A stretch of DNA of 64,000 nucleotides from contig LSRY02000059.1 in the NCBI GenBank assembly GCA_001643675.2, forward strand, positions 431,362 through 495,361, read 5' to 3'. Origin of the DNA: Monocercomonoides exilis PA203. Lineage: Eukaryota > Protista > Preaxostyla. A program made the position numbers and the translations under genes. Of this stretch, positions 11,757 to 24,430 are shown one piece after another (position 1 is the stretch's first letter; the number at the start of each line of letters is the position of its first letter). Below the pieces are notes generated by a model. It was not told the origin of the DNA, made no database searches, and saw only the letters and a list, made by a program, of their open reading frames with translations.

Positions 11757-14700
11757 TTACACCTCTGCGATATCTTTCATAATTGGAAGAATATCAGCAA
11801 TAAAATTAATAAAATCGCCTTTCTCTTCATTTTTGAATGGAGTTAAAGAAAGGAATTGAGAGGATATACATTCTCCTTCGTCAATACTGTTTAGGGCTCT
11901 TATTGCCATTTCTTTAAAACTTTGGACTTCTCTTTCAATTGAAGAAGTGTTTAGTTTTTGATTTATGAAGAGAATATCTTGAAACTTGCGAAATGGACTC
12001 GTAAATGATGCATATCTATACACATCATCAGCCGCAACATCGCTAACACAAAACATTTTTCCATTCTTTTCTTTTTCAAAATTTTCTTTTTCTTTTTTCG
12101 AAGTTTCATCATCCAAGAAGTTTTCTTCTTCAACCTTTTCTCCTTCTTCAAAATGACAAGACAAAATCGGACGCTCCCAACACACTTTCACGGATCGCTC
12201 ATTATTCAGCTGACGATCAGCAAGTGTCTCAGTTGTTCGATCTGAAACACCCCAAGAGACATATGAATTCTTCAAATATGGCTCAATCAGGAATGGGTGG
12301 TCGCACGGAATCGAAGAGTGTTGATAACCACTTGTTAAATGCCTGGAAGAATCAACAACTTCACTTCCAATAGAAGATGGTTGGAAAACCTTTGCATGCA
12401 TTGGGCATATGTCGCAATGGGACGGAGTGGGGTATGTCGAGGCAACTACTCGTCCTAACGTGCCAAAAGGAACAAGACCAGTTGCAGCAACTGACACCAC
12501 TCGATCGCCAATGCGCAGCTGCCCTCCAGTGACATCACTACCATCATTGGTTATTCTGAAAACTGCAGAAACAAGACATTCTGGATGAATTGAGCAAGTA
12601 ACATGAATGCGAGTTGTTTTTGGTTCTTTGACTTTTGAGTGAACATTAGCTGAGGTAGATGTTGGGCTTTGCCCGTCTTCATTAAAAGTGAAAGTATTCT
12701 TTGACCATCCACTTTCCCTCTCATATCTTTCCATCACAGTCATCCCCATTTTCTCAAGTCTCATTGTGGTGGATTTTCCGACTTCTGCTTCCGGTTGCTT
12801 GCTCATATACTTTTTCTTCTCATCCATCCAATCAATGAACCTTTGCACTTCCTCTTCAGCATTGCCATGGCCAAACACAGAGAATACGTCAAACCTCTTC
12901 AGGCGAATTGGTATTGAAGTCAACGACTCACAGAAATCAAATACAGCAGGAAAGTTCTTTTTGAATTTCGACATTATCTGTAGAGCATAAAACGAGTATT
13001 CCGTACAGTCTTTTATCGGATTGAAGCGAGCATATAGAGGAGAATGACTGTTATTGACTGGATCGATGAATGGGAATGATAAGGTCACATTCATAGGAAA
13101 GTGAACTTTTGCGACATTTGCTTCTTTTGCTTCTGATTGATCTTTTCGCTTCATTTCATTCAAATTCTTTCGAATATCTTGCGATTCATCACCAGATCTA
13201 AATGCAGATCCTGAATCAAGCTTATAGCATCCAAGATCCTTATTCTTCCTTCCAACTTCTTCTTGATTCAGCCGGTCTCTATCAAAAAATTTTTTGTAAA
13301 CCCGAGAATTAACAGCAGAAAACTGAGAACTTTGTTCGTGCCAGTTACGACTTCTGTTGCTGTAATCATTGTTCATTGTGAGCGTTAACGTGAAGTTTGG
13401 CATTGTTAGCATTTGAAGAGTTAAATGAGATATGTGTAATAATTTTGAAACATCCTTCATATCAATCCACATCTGTGAGGTTGTTAAACAATATGAAAGA
13501 AGATTTGGATATAGTGAATATTTTGGAGGAAGCAACGATATTTTTGTGCCACCTTCTTCTGATCTTTGACTCAGTATTTCAGAACACAAAAGAGCAAATG
13601 GGATGTTGCTGAACAAACTTGTTTCTTTCCCTGGAATTTGTTCCTCAAATGCATCAAACTCAACCTTTATTAGCACATCTTTATTATTATCATCCGCATT
13701 TGCTTTCAAACTATCTCTGTTTACGTTCATTGATTCTTTACCTGTCACATTATTTACACTCAAAACAGACCCAGATGCAGCCAATAGAGCGAGCGGATGA
13801 GGAATAGAAGAGACAGAAAGAGGAACGAGCTCTCCTGATTCATCTCGTTTTGATACAGAAAGAACATTCAGATTGCTTCCACAAACACATATTACATCGC
13901 TTGGAGATAAAGTTGGGGTTTCATTAGGAACTGTTTGAAAGGCCGCAAGTTGGTGTTCGAATTCTGTTAACTGCTCTGATGTCTTATTAACTGTTTTTGT
14001 GAATGAAGGGATTGCTGATATCAACTGTATTGGTACACACATTGCGTCACCCACATTGTACTCGGCAGAAACCACTTCTTCATCATGATCATAGATGTAG
14101 CTGAGCATGCTTTCACTATTAAATTTTTCTTTTCCATTTCCCTTTTGTGGATTCCAAACATCACATATCCCAATCTTTCCGTCTGTTGCAGATCTTGTAG
14201 AGTAAAAACCATACAGTCCCTTTTTCAGACTTCTTTGTGCTCTCTCCAAATCTGCTTTGCTCACCTCTTCTCCATCAGCTCGACTTCTCTGTACTAATTT
14301 TTCGGCTTCTGCGTAATTCATCATAAATTTCTCTCTTTCAAATTTCAAACTTTCATCATCATCATCGTCGTCGTCGTCGTCTTCATCTTCTTCATCTGTA
14401 TCTTTTGGATTTGTATATTTCCCCCCACTTTTGAATTTATTTTGTTTCTGCAGCTCATCGTTCATTTCTCTTTCATCTCTTTCTTCCTCCTCCATTCTCT
14501 TCATCTCCTCCACCTTCATTGCTCTTCTTCGCTTTCTCCATCCTTTTTTCATTGAGCATAAAGGGTGCACATAGCACATAATACTTGATATCTTTCCCAC
14601 ATCAATGCCTCGCTTTGAAATCAGTTGGTTCCGAATGAATGAAAAACGGCTGTTGAAACATTCATCCGAAAGCGGCTGAAGAGAAATAGAACGAGCAATT

Positions 14701-17700
14701 AAGCGAGCAAAAAGAGTAGGGCAGTTCAAAGAAAGAATGTGATGAATCTGCAGAAGAGATTTAATGAATGAAGAAGACAAGCAAGCACTTTCAAATTGGT
14801 CAATAAGAGGTGCTCTACTGTTGAAGTCATTGTTATCATCACTTTGGGATTCGAATTGCGATTGTGTTTGTGAAACAGAGGCAGTGGCTGAATATGGAAA
14901 AGAAGTCGAAGTCGAAGAAGAAGAAGAAGAAGAAGAAGAATCCTTCTGGCTTTTTGGTAAGCAGTACTGTGATAGCGAGTAGTCAGACGGAGAATGAGAT
15001 TGGGAATTTTGATTTCTCATTCCAGAAAGATTATCAAGTCTCTTAGTATTTTGTTGTGGCGAAGGGGATACGTATAAATGCTGTGATTCTTCTTTACAAG
15101 TTTCTTTTATCTGCACTTCATTCAGCGTTTCATTGTTGTCCATGCTGTCTCTCGGATCTTCGTGCAACTTCACTTCCTTTTCGTCAATCTCATCATCATC
15201 ATCATCATCATCATCTTCTTCTTCTTCTTCTTCTTCTTCTTCTTCTTCTTCTTCTTCTTCATTATTGCTTTTTTCATATTCATTTTCGAGTGTTTCATTC
15301 TTCCACATCGCTTTCATTATCTCGCAAAATATTGCTTCCTCTTCCCTTGCTTTTTTCCATTCTTTGTATTCTTCCATTGTTTGTTCATCAATTTCTTTAC
15401 AAAAACCAACCCCAGATAGCTCTGAAAGTCTTTCTTCTTCCATTTTACTCTTTAATTCATCCATCTTTCTCTCCAATCTCCTCATTTTCAGTTCTTCCTC
15501 TTCTTCCCTCTCGCTCGCCATCGGGTCCAGAACAAAGCTAATTTTCGGAGCATCAATTCTGTACACTCTCGCTGGAATCAAATGGGGATAGGAAACATAG
15601 CACACACACCCAACAAGCAACCGAAGCACATCACTGACCATTTGAAGTCGTGCGGAGCAGGAAAGAGAAGCAAAAGAAGGGGGAAGAAAAGTTCTTGGAT
15701 CAATTTTTGCTAACGAAGAAGAGTGAGATAACATCTTTGTCATTTCTTCTTTCAGCTTTTCCTTCTCCTCTTTTTCATCGTCTTCATCGCTTTTCTTTGA
15801 GGAATCTGTATCCATTTCTTTGTTTCCCTCGATCTTGCTTGATTTTTCAAACATTTCCTCATTCATTTTCATGACTCTGTAATAATCATCCTTCGCCTCT
15901 CTTTCTTCGTCAAATTCTTTTCCGTTTTGTTGTTGTTGCTTTTGTTGTTTATCAAAGTTGTCGATATTATGATCTTCAAGTCTTTCTCTTTTTTCAATGC
16001 TTTCATTTTCCTCCTTTGTCTTCTTTGTAAGATACCTCTGAATCTTTTTTCCTTCCTTTTTAGTGAAAAGTGGATTTCCAACATTAATAATTTGAGAAGG
16101 TTTTTTCGATTCGTTTGCAAACATCTTCATCTTCACCGGGCGAACAAAGTTCTTCAGATTCAGAGTAGATTTTCTTAAGCAGTCAATCTCTCTCAATATT
16201 TCTTCTTTTCCCTTTTCTCCACTCCCATTTGCTTCGTCTTTTTTGGAATTCTCTTCTTTTTGATCTGTCAAACAGGGCGACCCCGTTAAGCAATTCACAC
16301 TTGGAACTGTCATCGGCATCCGGTTGACTGCCAAAGACGGCAAAGGAAGCGAATGTGACAGAAAGAACGAAATGGAAGGCTTGCGCAGAACATAAAGCGA
16401 TGAAAAGCCAGCACGCAGATAAGAGCCAGGAAGGAGCTTCGGCTCAAAGGGAATGAAGCTTTCTCTCCAATACTCGATCGAACCTGAGAATGAAAAGAAA
16501 CACAGAAAGAGTTGAATAATAAATCATTATTTTTTTATAAAATGTAAAAGTCAAACCAGAATTTGAATAAATCTTCAATTCGTTTTCATCTGCCTCCTCA
16601 ATCGGTTTATCCGAATGAGGTCCTGCTTTGAGCACAGCAACACGACACTGTTTGAGCAGAGGGAAATGAAGGGAAGCAGAATAAGACAAGTCAGAATGTG
16701 AAGGTGGCTCCAATAAATGAGAAGGATATGCCGCCTCCATCTTGGCCTCTTCTTCATTCTCAATTGACACAAGCTCTTCGTTCAATTTGTTTCGGATGGC
16801 TAATTTCCTTTCTTCATCGTCATTTTCTTTTTCCTCTTCCATTTTCCCTTTCTCTTTCACTCTTTCATCTTCCTCCTTTCTCCACTTCTCAATCGCCTCT
16901 TTCCTCTTCTCCATAGCTTCCCCTCTAATTCTCTCCATCTCTCTTTTCCTCTCTGGATGCTCAGGAGCCATCAAAACCAGGTTCCATCCCATTTCATTGC
17001 GTTCTTTTTCTTCTTCACTCAACGCCGGATACAATTCCTCTGCTGCTTTGATGACAACATCTGGCTCAACAAAAGGAAGAAGCACAACTGATTCGTAATG
17101 AGGCGGTTCAGCAAGCTTGCTTCCGTTGATAATTATGTCTGTAGGCAGAGGCTGAAATGGATGGAAAGATGAAGATAAGGAGGAAGACAATGAAGAAGAT
17201 GATGATGAATACAACGAACATAGTGAAGTTTCTGAAGTTTTCGAATATGTCAGGTTAAATCTAACTTTGCTAGTATCAATAGAACATGCATTTTCATCGA
17301 AATTCTCTTTTTCTCTCCTTTTGCCTTTTCTGCTTCTTTTTCTTCTTTCTTTTTCTTCTCCTTCTTCCATTTCTTCGTCTTCAACGTTCCACTTATTATT
17401 CTTCAGTGTATATTTAACCAGTGCATGTTTGTTTTTCTTCCTAAATCCATCTGGTGTAAATGCATTGTCCACATACAGCGTAGTCACAATGAATTTCGAA
17501 AGCGGAGAAGAAGAAGAAGTTAAAAGAGGACGAAGCGGATGAGGAAGAAGATTTGCATTAACAGGAGGAAGGATTGAAAGCAGCTGCTCAAATGGGTGAA
17601 CTGGCTTGTCCAGTTCGAATGGGTAGAATGCGTCTATTAATAACAACGATAATTATTGTGATAATGACATATCAGAAAAATAAATGCAAAATGAAAGGGA

Positions 17701-20700
17701 AAAGAATGTGATGAAAGTGAAATGAAAGAAAATTGAAGAGAAAAGAAATGTGAAAAATGTGATTATTTAGTTGAAAGATGTATCAAAAATTGAAAAAAAC
17801 ACACAAAATGTCATTTCAAAAAAAAAAATAATATGTTGAGAAAAGAAAATGAAAAGTTGAATGTTAAAGAGAAAAAGATGAAAGCATACGCAGAAAAACA
17901 TAAATATATTCAATAAAATACTTTCAAATAAATATTTCTCATTTCCTTTTCTTTTTCCTTTTTTAAAAAAAATTTTTTTAATTATTAAACAAACCTATCC
18001 TATCCTTCCCTTCACATTCTTTCCTTCCTCTCTCAAATTTCTCTGTGAACTGTGAGAGGCCCACGAGATCAGTCAGCAGAGGAGAATAAAACGAGGAGAA
18101 ATAATAGCTCCACGACGGACAGCCACATGTGTAGTACAAAAAGACGAATTGTAAAGCAGTGATGTAGTCGGAGACAAGGTCATACAGAGGATGAGGGAAA
18201 GGAGATTGAGAAGAAGGAGAAGAAGGAGAAGAAATTGAAGGAGAAGATGAAGAAGAAGATGTTGAAGATTTTTGTTCATCACACGAAATTTCATCATCAT
18301 TTTCATCAGAAATTTTCTTTTTTTCAGTTCCTTCTCTAAGATTTGGCAGTGGCAGAGGGAAATGAAGCTTCGTTGTGTAATACATTTCTCTCCAAGTGAG
18401 ATCAGCAAACCGAGTTGGTTCTGTTGAAGAAGAAGAAGAAAAGAAAGAGGAAGAGGAAGAGGAAGAGGAAGAGGAAGAGGAATAAGAAGAAAAAGAAAAA
18501 GAAGAAGAAGAAGAAGAAGGTGAAGGAGAAGAAGGCGAAGAAGAAGGCGAAGAGGAAAGCGAAGCAGCTGGAGAAGGAGAAGGAGAAAGAGAAGAAGGCG
18601 AGAATGATGGAGATGATAATGATAATGGTGTTGTCATTGGATTTGAAGAAGAAGAAGAGGAAGAGGAATTAGAAGGAGGAGAAGAAGAAGGAGAAGAAGG
18701 AGAAGAAAAGTGTGACTGAATGCTCAATCGATCCATCTCATTTGGAAGCGCATCAAATTTGTAAGCTGGCCAATAATGTACATATTTATTTTTTTGTGAA
18801 GAAGAAGAAGGAAAAAAAGAATTCCATGGATTTGATAGAGAAATAGAGGAACCTGAAGTAGAAGAAGAAGAAGATGATGATGATGATGATGAAGGTGATG
18901 ATGAAGAAAACTCATTTTTGGAGTTATCACTGGAATTTCTTTTAAGTTCATTCGCTCGCTCCATCTTCTTTCTCTGCCAGAAACTCATTTCTCCTTTCCC
19001 TTCTTTTTCTCCTTCATCTTTTTTAATACAGTTACAGGAACAAATACTCTTACTGCTATTAATACTTCTATTAAATTTATCATAACCATAATTACTACCA
19101 GTACCATTACCATTATCATAACTTTCACCTTTTTCTTCATCTTTTTCTCCTTCTCCTTCTTCTCCTCCTCTTTCCACTCTTTCTTCTTTTCCTTTTCCTT
19201 TTCCTTTTCCTTCTTCTCCTTCTCCTTCTTCTCCTCTTTTTCCTCTTCCTCCATAATGATGAGCGCCTCTTCCGCTTCTGCCTCCAAACCCGCTCTTCGA
19301 CTCCCTCACATTCAGCACCCCCCCCCTCAGTTCTCTCCTGTCTGCCAAAAGCATCGCTCTTATCCCATCCTCTCTGCTTGCATACTCCACAAAGCCAAGC
19401 CCTTTCGATCGCTCCTTCGTTTCATCTGTCTTGTCGCGTTCTGTTGCAATCCTCACGCGAAGTGGAGGTTCACTTGGAGTGAGGGCAGTGGAGGGATCAA
19501 AGAGACTTGATTCTTTGAGTGATTCGTCTTCTTTATCTTCTTTTTCGTTTTCGCCAGCTCCAGCTCCTGCATCTTCTAATGTTTTCTTTGCTGGACCCAG
19601 CAGTTCCAGTGCTTTTCCTTCCATTCCTTCTTCTTTGCTTATCATTGATGTTGTTGATGATGTTAATGCGTTTGCTGCTTTCCTTTCTCTTTTTGGCAAT
19701 TTAACAAGAGAAGCAAAGAACTCAAACAAAACATCGGCAGATATCGAAAAATGGAGGTTCTGCACAAACAAGACGAATTCACTGTGCAAAGAGGAATGCT
19801 CATAAAATGATAGGAAAGGGATACGCCTATAACAAGAACGAGAGGAAGAGGAATTGGAAGAAGGAAACTGAAGAGATGATGGATTACTTGCCCAGACTCC
19901 TCCTCTGTTTCGCGGGATCATCAAATCGCTCACCGTCTTGCTCTCCTCCTTCGCCATTTTCTGGCAGATCGCTTCGAATGCGCCCCAATCAGCCACCCAC
20001 CCTCTTTCAGTGAGGTGGGAATGCATCGATGGCAGCACGGCTTTGTAGGCAGAGATAATCGCAGTGATAGCCTGTTCGCCAATGTTCAGTGAGATTATGC
20101 GCGGAATGAAGTCGTTTCCGACAAGGAAGCAGAGGAGCACGAAATCGTCCACAGCGCGCTCGAAGTCGAAGGGGAAGGACAGAAGAGGATGGGTTGGAGA
20201 GGAAGAGGAAGAAGAGGAAGAAGAGGAAGAAGAGGAAGAAGATGTTGACGAAGACGATTCAGATGAATGCGTCGTTTCTTTCTGAGAAGATGGAACATTT
20301 TGAATTGTTTCTAATGATTTGCCATCCTCATTTCTGTCTTTATCTGCACTTCCACTTTCTATGCTTTTCCTCCTATCTCCATTAGAATAACTATCACAAC
20401 AACTACAACTACAACTGCCAAGTTTGCCATCTTCCATGAACTCCTTGAACTCCAACGCCAAGTATTCTCTCAGCATATTCACATGCAGAAACTGCAGCTT
20501 CATGCGGTGGTTCAAGTCGAGCGGAGAATCGTCATACAGCGACTCCTCCAGCTCCTCCCGCATTATCACAACGTTCCGCTCGTGTGTTAGCAGCGCCAGC
20601 ATAATCAGATCCGCATCGCGCCCGTAGATGCAATGCGAAGTGGACGGGTCGTAGTCCCTCTCCCGCCTCTTGTTGCGGATGTACGACAGGATTTTGTGTT

Positions 20701-21422
20701 CTCCTTCACCTGGAACATCGCTGCCAGAAATGATCACCTTCAGCCTTTCCCATGCTTTGTCTGTGCTCATTTTCATCTGCGAATAATACTTAATGTATTC
20801 TTTCAATTTGCTCATAAATTCCGTTCCAGGCATGACGCAGTCGTCAGTCAAAACATGCTTTCCATTTTCAACTTCAATGTGAGTCTCAGGTGAATTTTGA
20901 GCTTCAAATGCAGATCTATACCAGTTTCTCCTTTGCAAATGCATTTTCACCCTTGGAGCAACTCCTGAATAATAAATAATAAATGAAAATTTCAAAGATA
21001 CAGTTCATTCAAATTATCAGAAGTCAAGCCATCCGTTGCGAAATAAACTAGCTTCTTCGGCCTTGCAGCTTGAAACAATCTGTCGAAAGTTCGAAAAACT
21101 TCGGTCATTACTTCTTCTTCTGAACAAATTTTACCAGATAATGATTCATAATTAAAAGAATCATAAACAATTCCATTTGCATCCAAGTATAAATTATCTT
21201 TCAAAAATCATTGTTAAATTGTTAAATATTGAAAAATAAAAAAAATCAAAAATCAAATTTGAATGTTAATTTAAATGAAACCGATGTCAGGAGCAGAGAA
21301 TGGATCAGCTGGTGAAAGAATCATTGGATAGCGTTCACTCATCCATCTATCATAGCAATAAAAAATTAATCTCCAATAAAACTTAGCAAATATTCACACC
21401 TGAAAAGACGAGGAATCCCCAT
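11757..21422 (-). CDS. XRN1: 5'-3' exoribonuclease XRN1-like, multi-exon, with large low-complexity insertions and an internal RRM
   Basis: Starts MGIPRLF (ATG 21422). Motifs DNLYLDANGIV, DGVAPRVK, PGTEFM, GSDVPGEGEHKI, CIYGRDADLIMLAL, DDFVLLCFLVGNDFIP, YYTCGCPSWSYY, PFEQLLSILPP, VVLLPF. The XRN1-type C-terminal SH3-like segment GDRVVSV..TGLVPFGTLGRV is present. Confidence 0.92.
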
Positions 21423-21666
21423 TTACGAAATACGATCGTTCAATTTAAAAAAATATTCTTATTTCTTTTCAAAAAAAGAAGCAGATCATATATATGTGTA
21501 ATATTTTTTGATTGTTCTCGAAAGATTTTCAAAAAAAATTTTTTTTTCTTTTATTAAGATAAGTTTTCCATTTTTATAATATGAAGTTAAGATAAACTCT
21601 TTTTTGCAAGATTTAAAAGAAACTATATATTTTATATATTAAAAGTTCTTTTTGAAACAGAACATC

Positions 21667-23449
21667 ATGTCTTCACTGAGAGGAAGTTGCAGAGCAATTA
21701 AAAGAACTTATTGAATTTTTGTCATCTGATAGATCTGAAATCCGTTAAATAGTCACGAATCATTTGGCAGGATTTTCCACAAATCCAAAAACAAGACAAA
21801 TACTTGCATCGTTGGGCCTAAATGAGATATGGAAGCTTTGAAATGATGCCCAAGATACTGCACATGCAGCTTTAATATCTATTGTTAACATAACTTCTGA
21901 TCGTCCATCTTGCCTAAAATTTACTCGACTTTACCAAAAAGATCTAGTCGAAGCGGAATTGAAAGCGAGCGATCAGTCAAATGATGAGCATCAAAAGGGC
22001 AGTTCTAAAGAACTATTCACTTTGCTTGTGGATAGAATAAGTGACGATGATAATCCTTTTCGCTCGATGTATGCCGCGATATTGTCGAATATCACAAGAT
22101 ATCCCGAGGTATTGAACTTGTTGTTTCACACAATTGGTGTTAGAAAGGTTCCTACAAAAATGGAAGAGCGTTACTCATGTTTTGATGCAGATATATTAAT
22201 TTTGAGACTTGAGAACTATTTTTTGAAATCATCTCGATATGCTAAAGGTGTGAAAAGTTCAAAAGTAAAATTACAATTAAGCGATCCATTACACTATGTT
22301 GCGTCGTTGTTGACGGACATATCTCAACTTCCAGAATGCAGAGTAATTCTCCTCCAAAGGCAAAAGCAACCAAGCATTTCATCATCCGCTTCTTCAACAG
22401 CTTCTGCATGCTTTCCTCGTCCGACACTTATTGGAAATTTGATTCCTTTTATAAGGCATATTGATTTAATGCGTCGCGGAGGAATTATGGGCACCATACG
22501 CAACTGTCTGGTGGAAGGAAGCGAACCGTTAAGATTACTTGGCCCCTCTACAAATTCATCCGCAAATTCAACAACTTTTTCTCCAACAGACACTTCGACA
22601 GAAAAAGTCGAGCACCCTGGTTTTGATCTGATAGCTTCGCTTCTCCAGACGATAGCTGATGAAGATGGAGAATATCCGCCAGGTGAGCTTGCTGGATTAC
22701 CTGACATTTTGTCTCAGAGACTGCCTCGCAACGCCGCTAAAGAGAAGATGAGAAAAATGACACAACAGCTTACTTCCTCGTCAGATGGCACTGAAGATAA
22801 AGGCAGTGTAGAACGCAAAGAGCATGAGTGGGAGGTGGTCAGCGACGGAACAGGATTGATTGGGTGTGCAGACAAAATGGTTATTGTGGATTGAGTGATG
22901 AAGGAGAGGTTAATAATATCATCCACTCCGCATGGGCTGCACACAAGCAGTGTGGATGAGATCAAGACAAAGGAGACGGACCCGTTCATCAGGAAAATGT
23001 GTGGGCAGATTCTGCTGCTGGTTGTGTCATCGAAGGTGGGAAGGGAACGAGTGAAAGGATGTGGGTATGCGTATCTGATTATTCGCGAGTATCACAAAAA
23101 CGAGACAAATGACGAAGCTTTTGAGGTATTTGCGCAGGTTGTTGATATGATCATCAGAGAAGAGGTGAAAGAAGAGAAGGAGGATGAAGCAAAAGGAGAA
23201 AGCAGTGGAGATGGAAAAGAATCAAAAGCAATCGAGTCTGATTCAAGAAGACTCGAAAGCAATTCTGAAAAATCGAATGAAGCTGGAGATGCGAAAAGTT
23301 CATCTTCATCATCATCTTCTTCTTCTTCTTCGAGTGGTGAAGTTGTCACTCATGTTGAAGAAGGAGGTGTTGTGCACAATTATACAGTTGTTGCATCAAA
23401 AGAAAAAGAGGCTATTCTTTCACTGTTTATCCCTCCACCAAAAAAGTGA
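21667..23449 (+). pseudogene. HGH1: HGH1 (FAM203, eEF2 chaperone) homolog with three in-frame stops and a 5' frameshift
   Basis: QLKELIEFLSSDRSEIR*IVTNHLAGFS matches the Hgh1 N-terminus. Also RRGGIMGTIRNC, LPDIL..RLP and KETDPFIRKMCGQILLL...GRERVK...Y.IIREYHKNE. Stops: TAA 21746-21748, TGA 21839-21841, TGA 22892-22894. ATG 21667 is out of frame with the conserved N-terminus. Confidence 0.85.
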
Positions 23450-24430
23450 GATTCTTGCGCTTTGTTTTGTAATCAATAAATGAATTTCAGTTTTAAATTC
23501 TCGTAAATAATTTTTCGTATTTCAAAGTTTCTGTTTATATTCAATCAAAAATATTCGACTTCTGATATAAAATGACGGAGGCTTTTAATAAATGTTGGCA
23601 TAATGCTACTTTAAGGGTACCTAAAAAATTAAAAATAAGCTTTATGAAAACGCTAAATTATTTCAAGTGAATTTTCATCAACGCTCTTTGGTGTTGACTG
23701 AATGTTTTATTTTTCATTTAACTTTTTTTGGGTTTGCGTTCTCAAAAACAACTGTCCCCTAATATGAATTTTGAATAATTTTTTCGATAAATTAATTAAA
23801 TTACAATAAAAAGACATTTTTAGGTTTTTAAATTTGAATTTTATTGCTATATGCAATTGTTTGGGTTGAAAATAACTCAATTAAAGTATTTTTATGAAGT
23901 TTGAAAAAAGTCTCGTAAAACTTAAGATTTGAATAATAAACTATTCAATCATTTTTAGTTTTGATCAATAGGTTATTATGAACCTAACATATTTGTAATA
24001 TCTCTGCATTGCATTTTTTAGCTATTTATTCATGGATTTAACGAAAAAATTGGGTCCCCGTAAAGTGGCATCTTGCCTAAATGTTTTGCTCAAATGAAAT
24101 AAAATTTTTATTTGTTTTTCGCTTGTGGAATTCCAAGAAAAGAAAAATATATATATGAATTTTTAGAAACATTTTTGCATTGTTTATGTGAATGATAAAG
24201 AAACTCATTCAATTATTCATATAGGAAATTACAGAAAAGGTTGAACTTTTTAATGATGAAGGTTACAAACAGAAAAGTGGATAAAAGTTTTAACACATTT
24301 CATCAACACTTTGACACAATTTAAATTTGTTTGTCAAAACAAACAAATTTTTTTTCGGAAGATAATTCTTATCTCCCACTTCCTGAATGGATTCTTTTGA
24401 ATGTCAAATATGAGACAGAATTCTTTCATA

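Noticed and set aside
21746-21748. TAA=Gln alternative genetic code suggested by the HGH1 TAA at a conserved Gln
   Set aside because: RPL9 and RPL12 end in TAA at their expected C-termini, and the Gln-rich 4780-codon ORF has no in-frame TAA/TAG. The code is standard.
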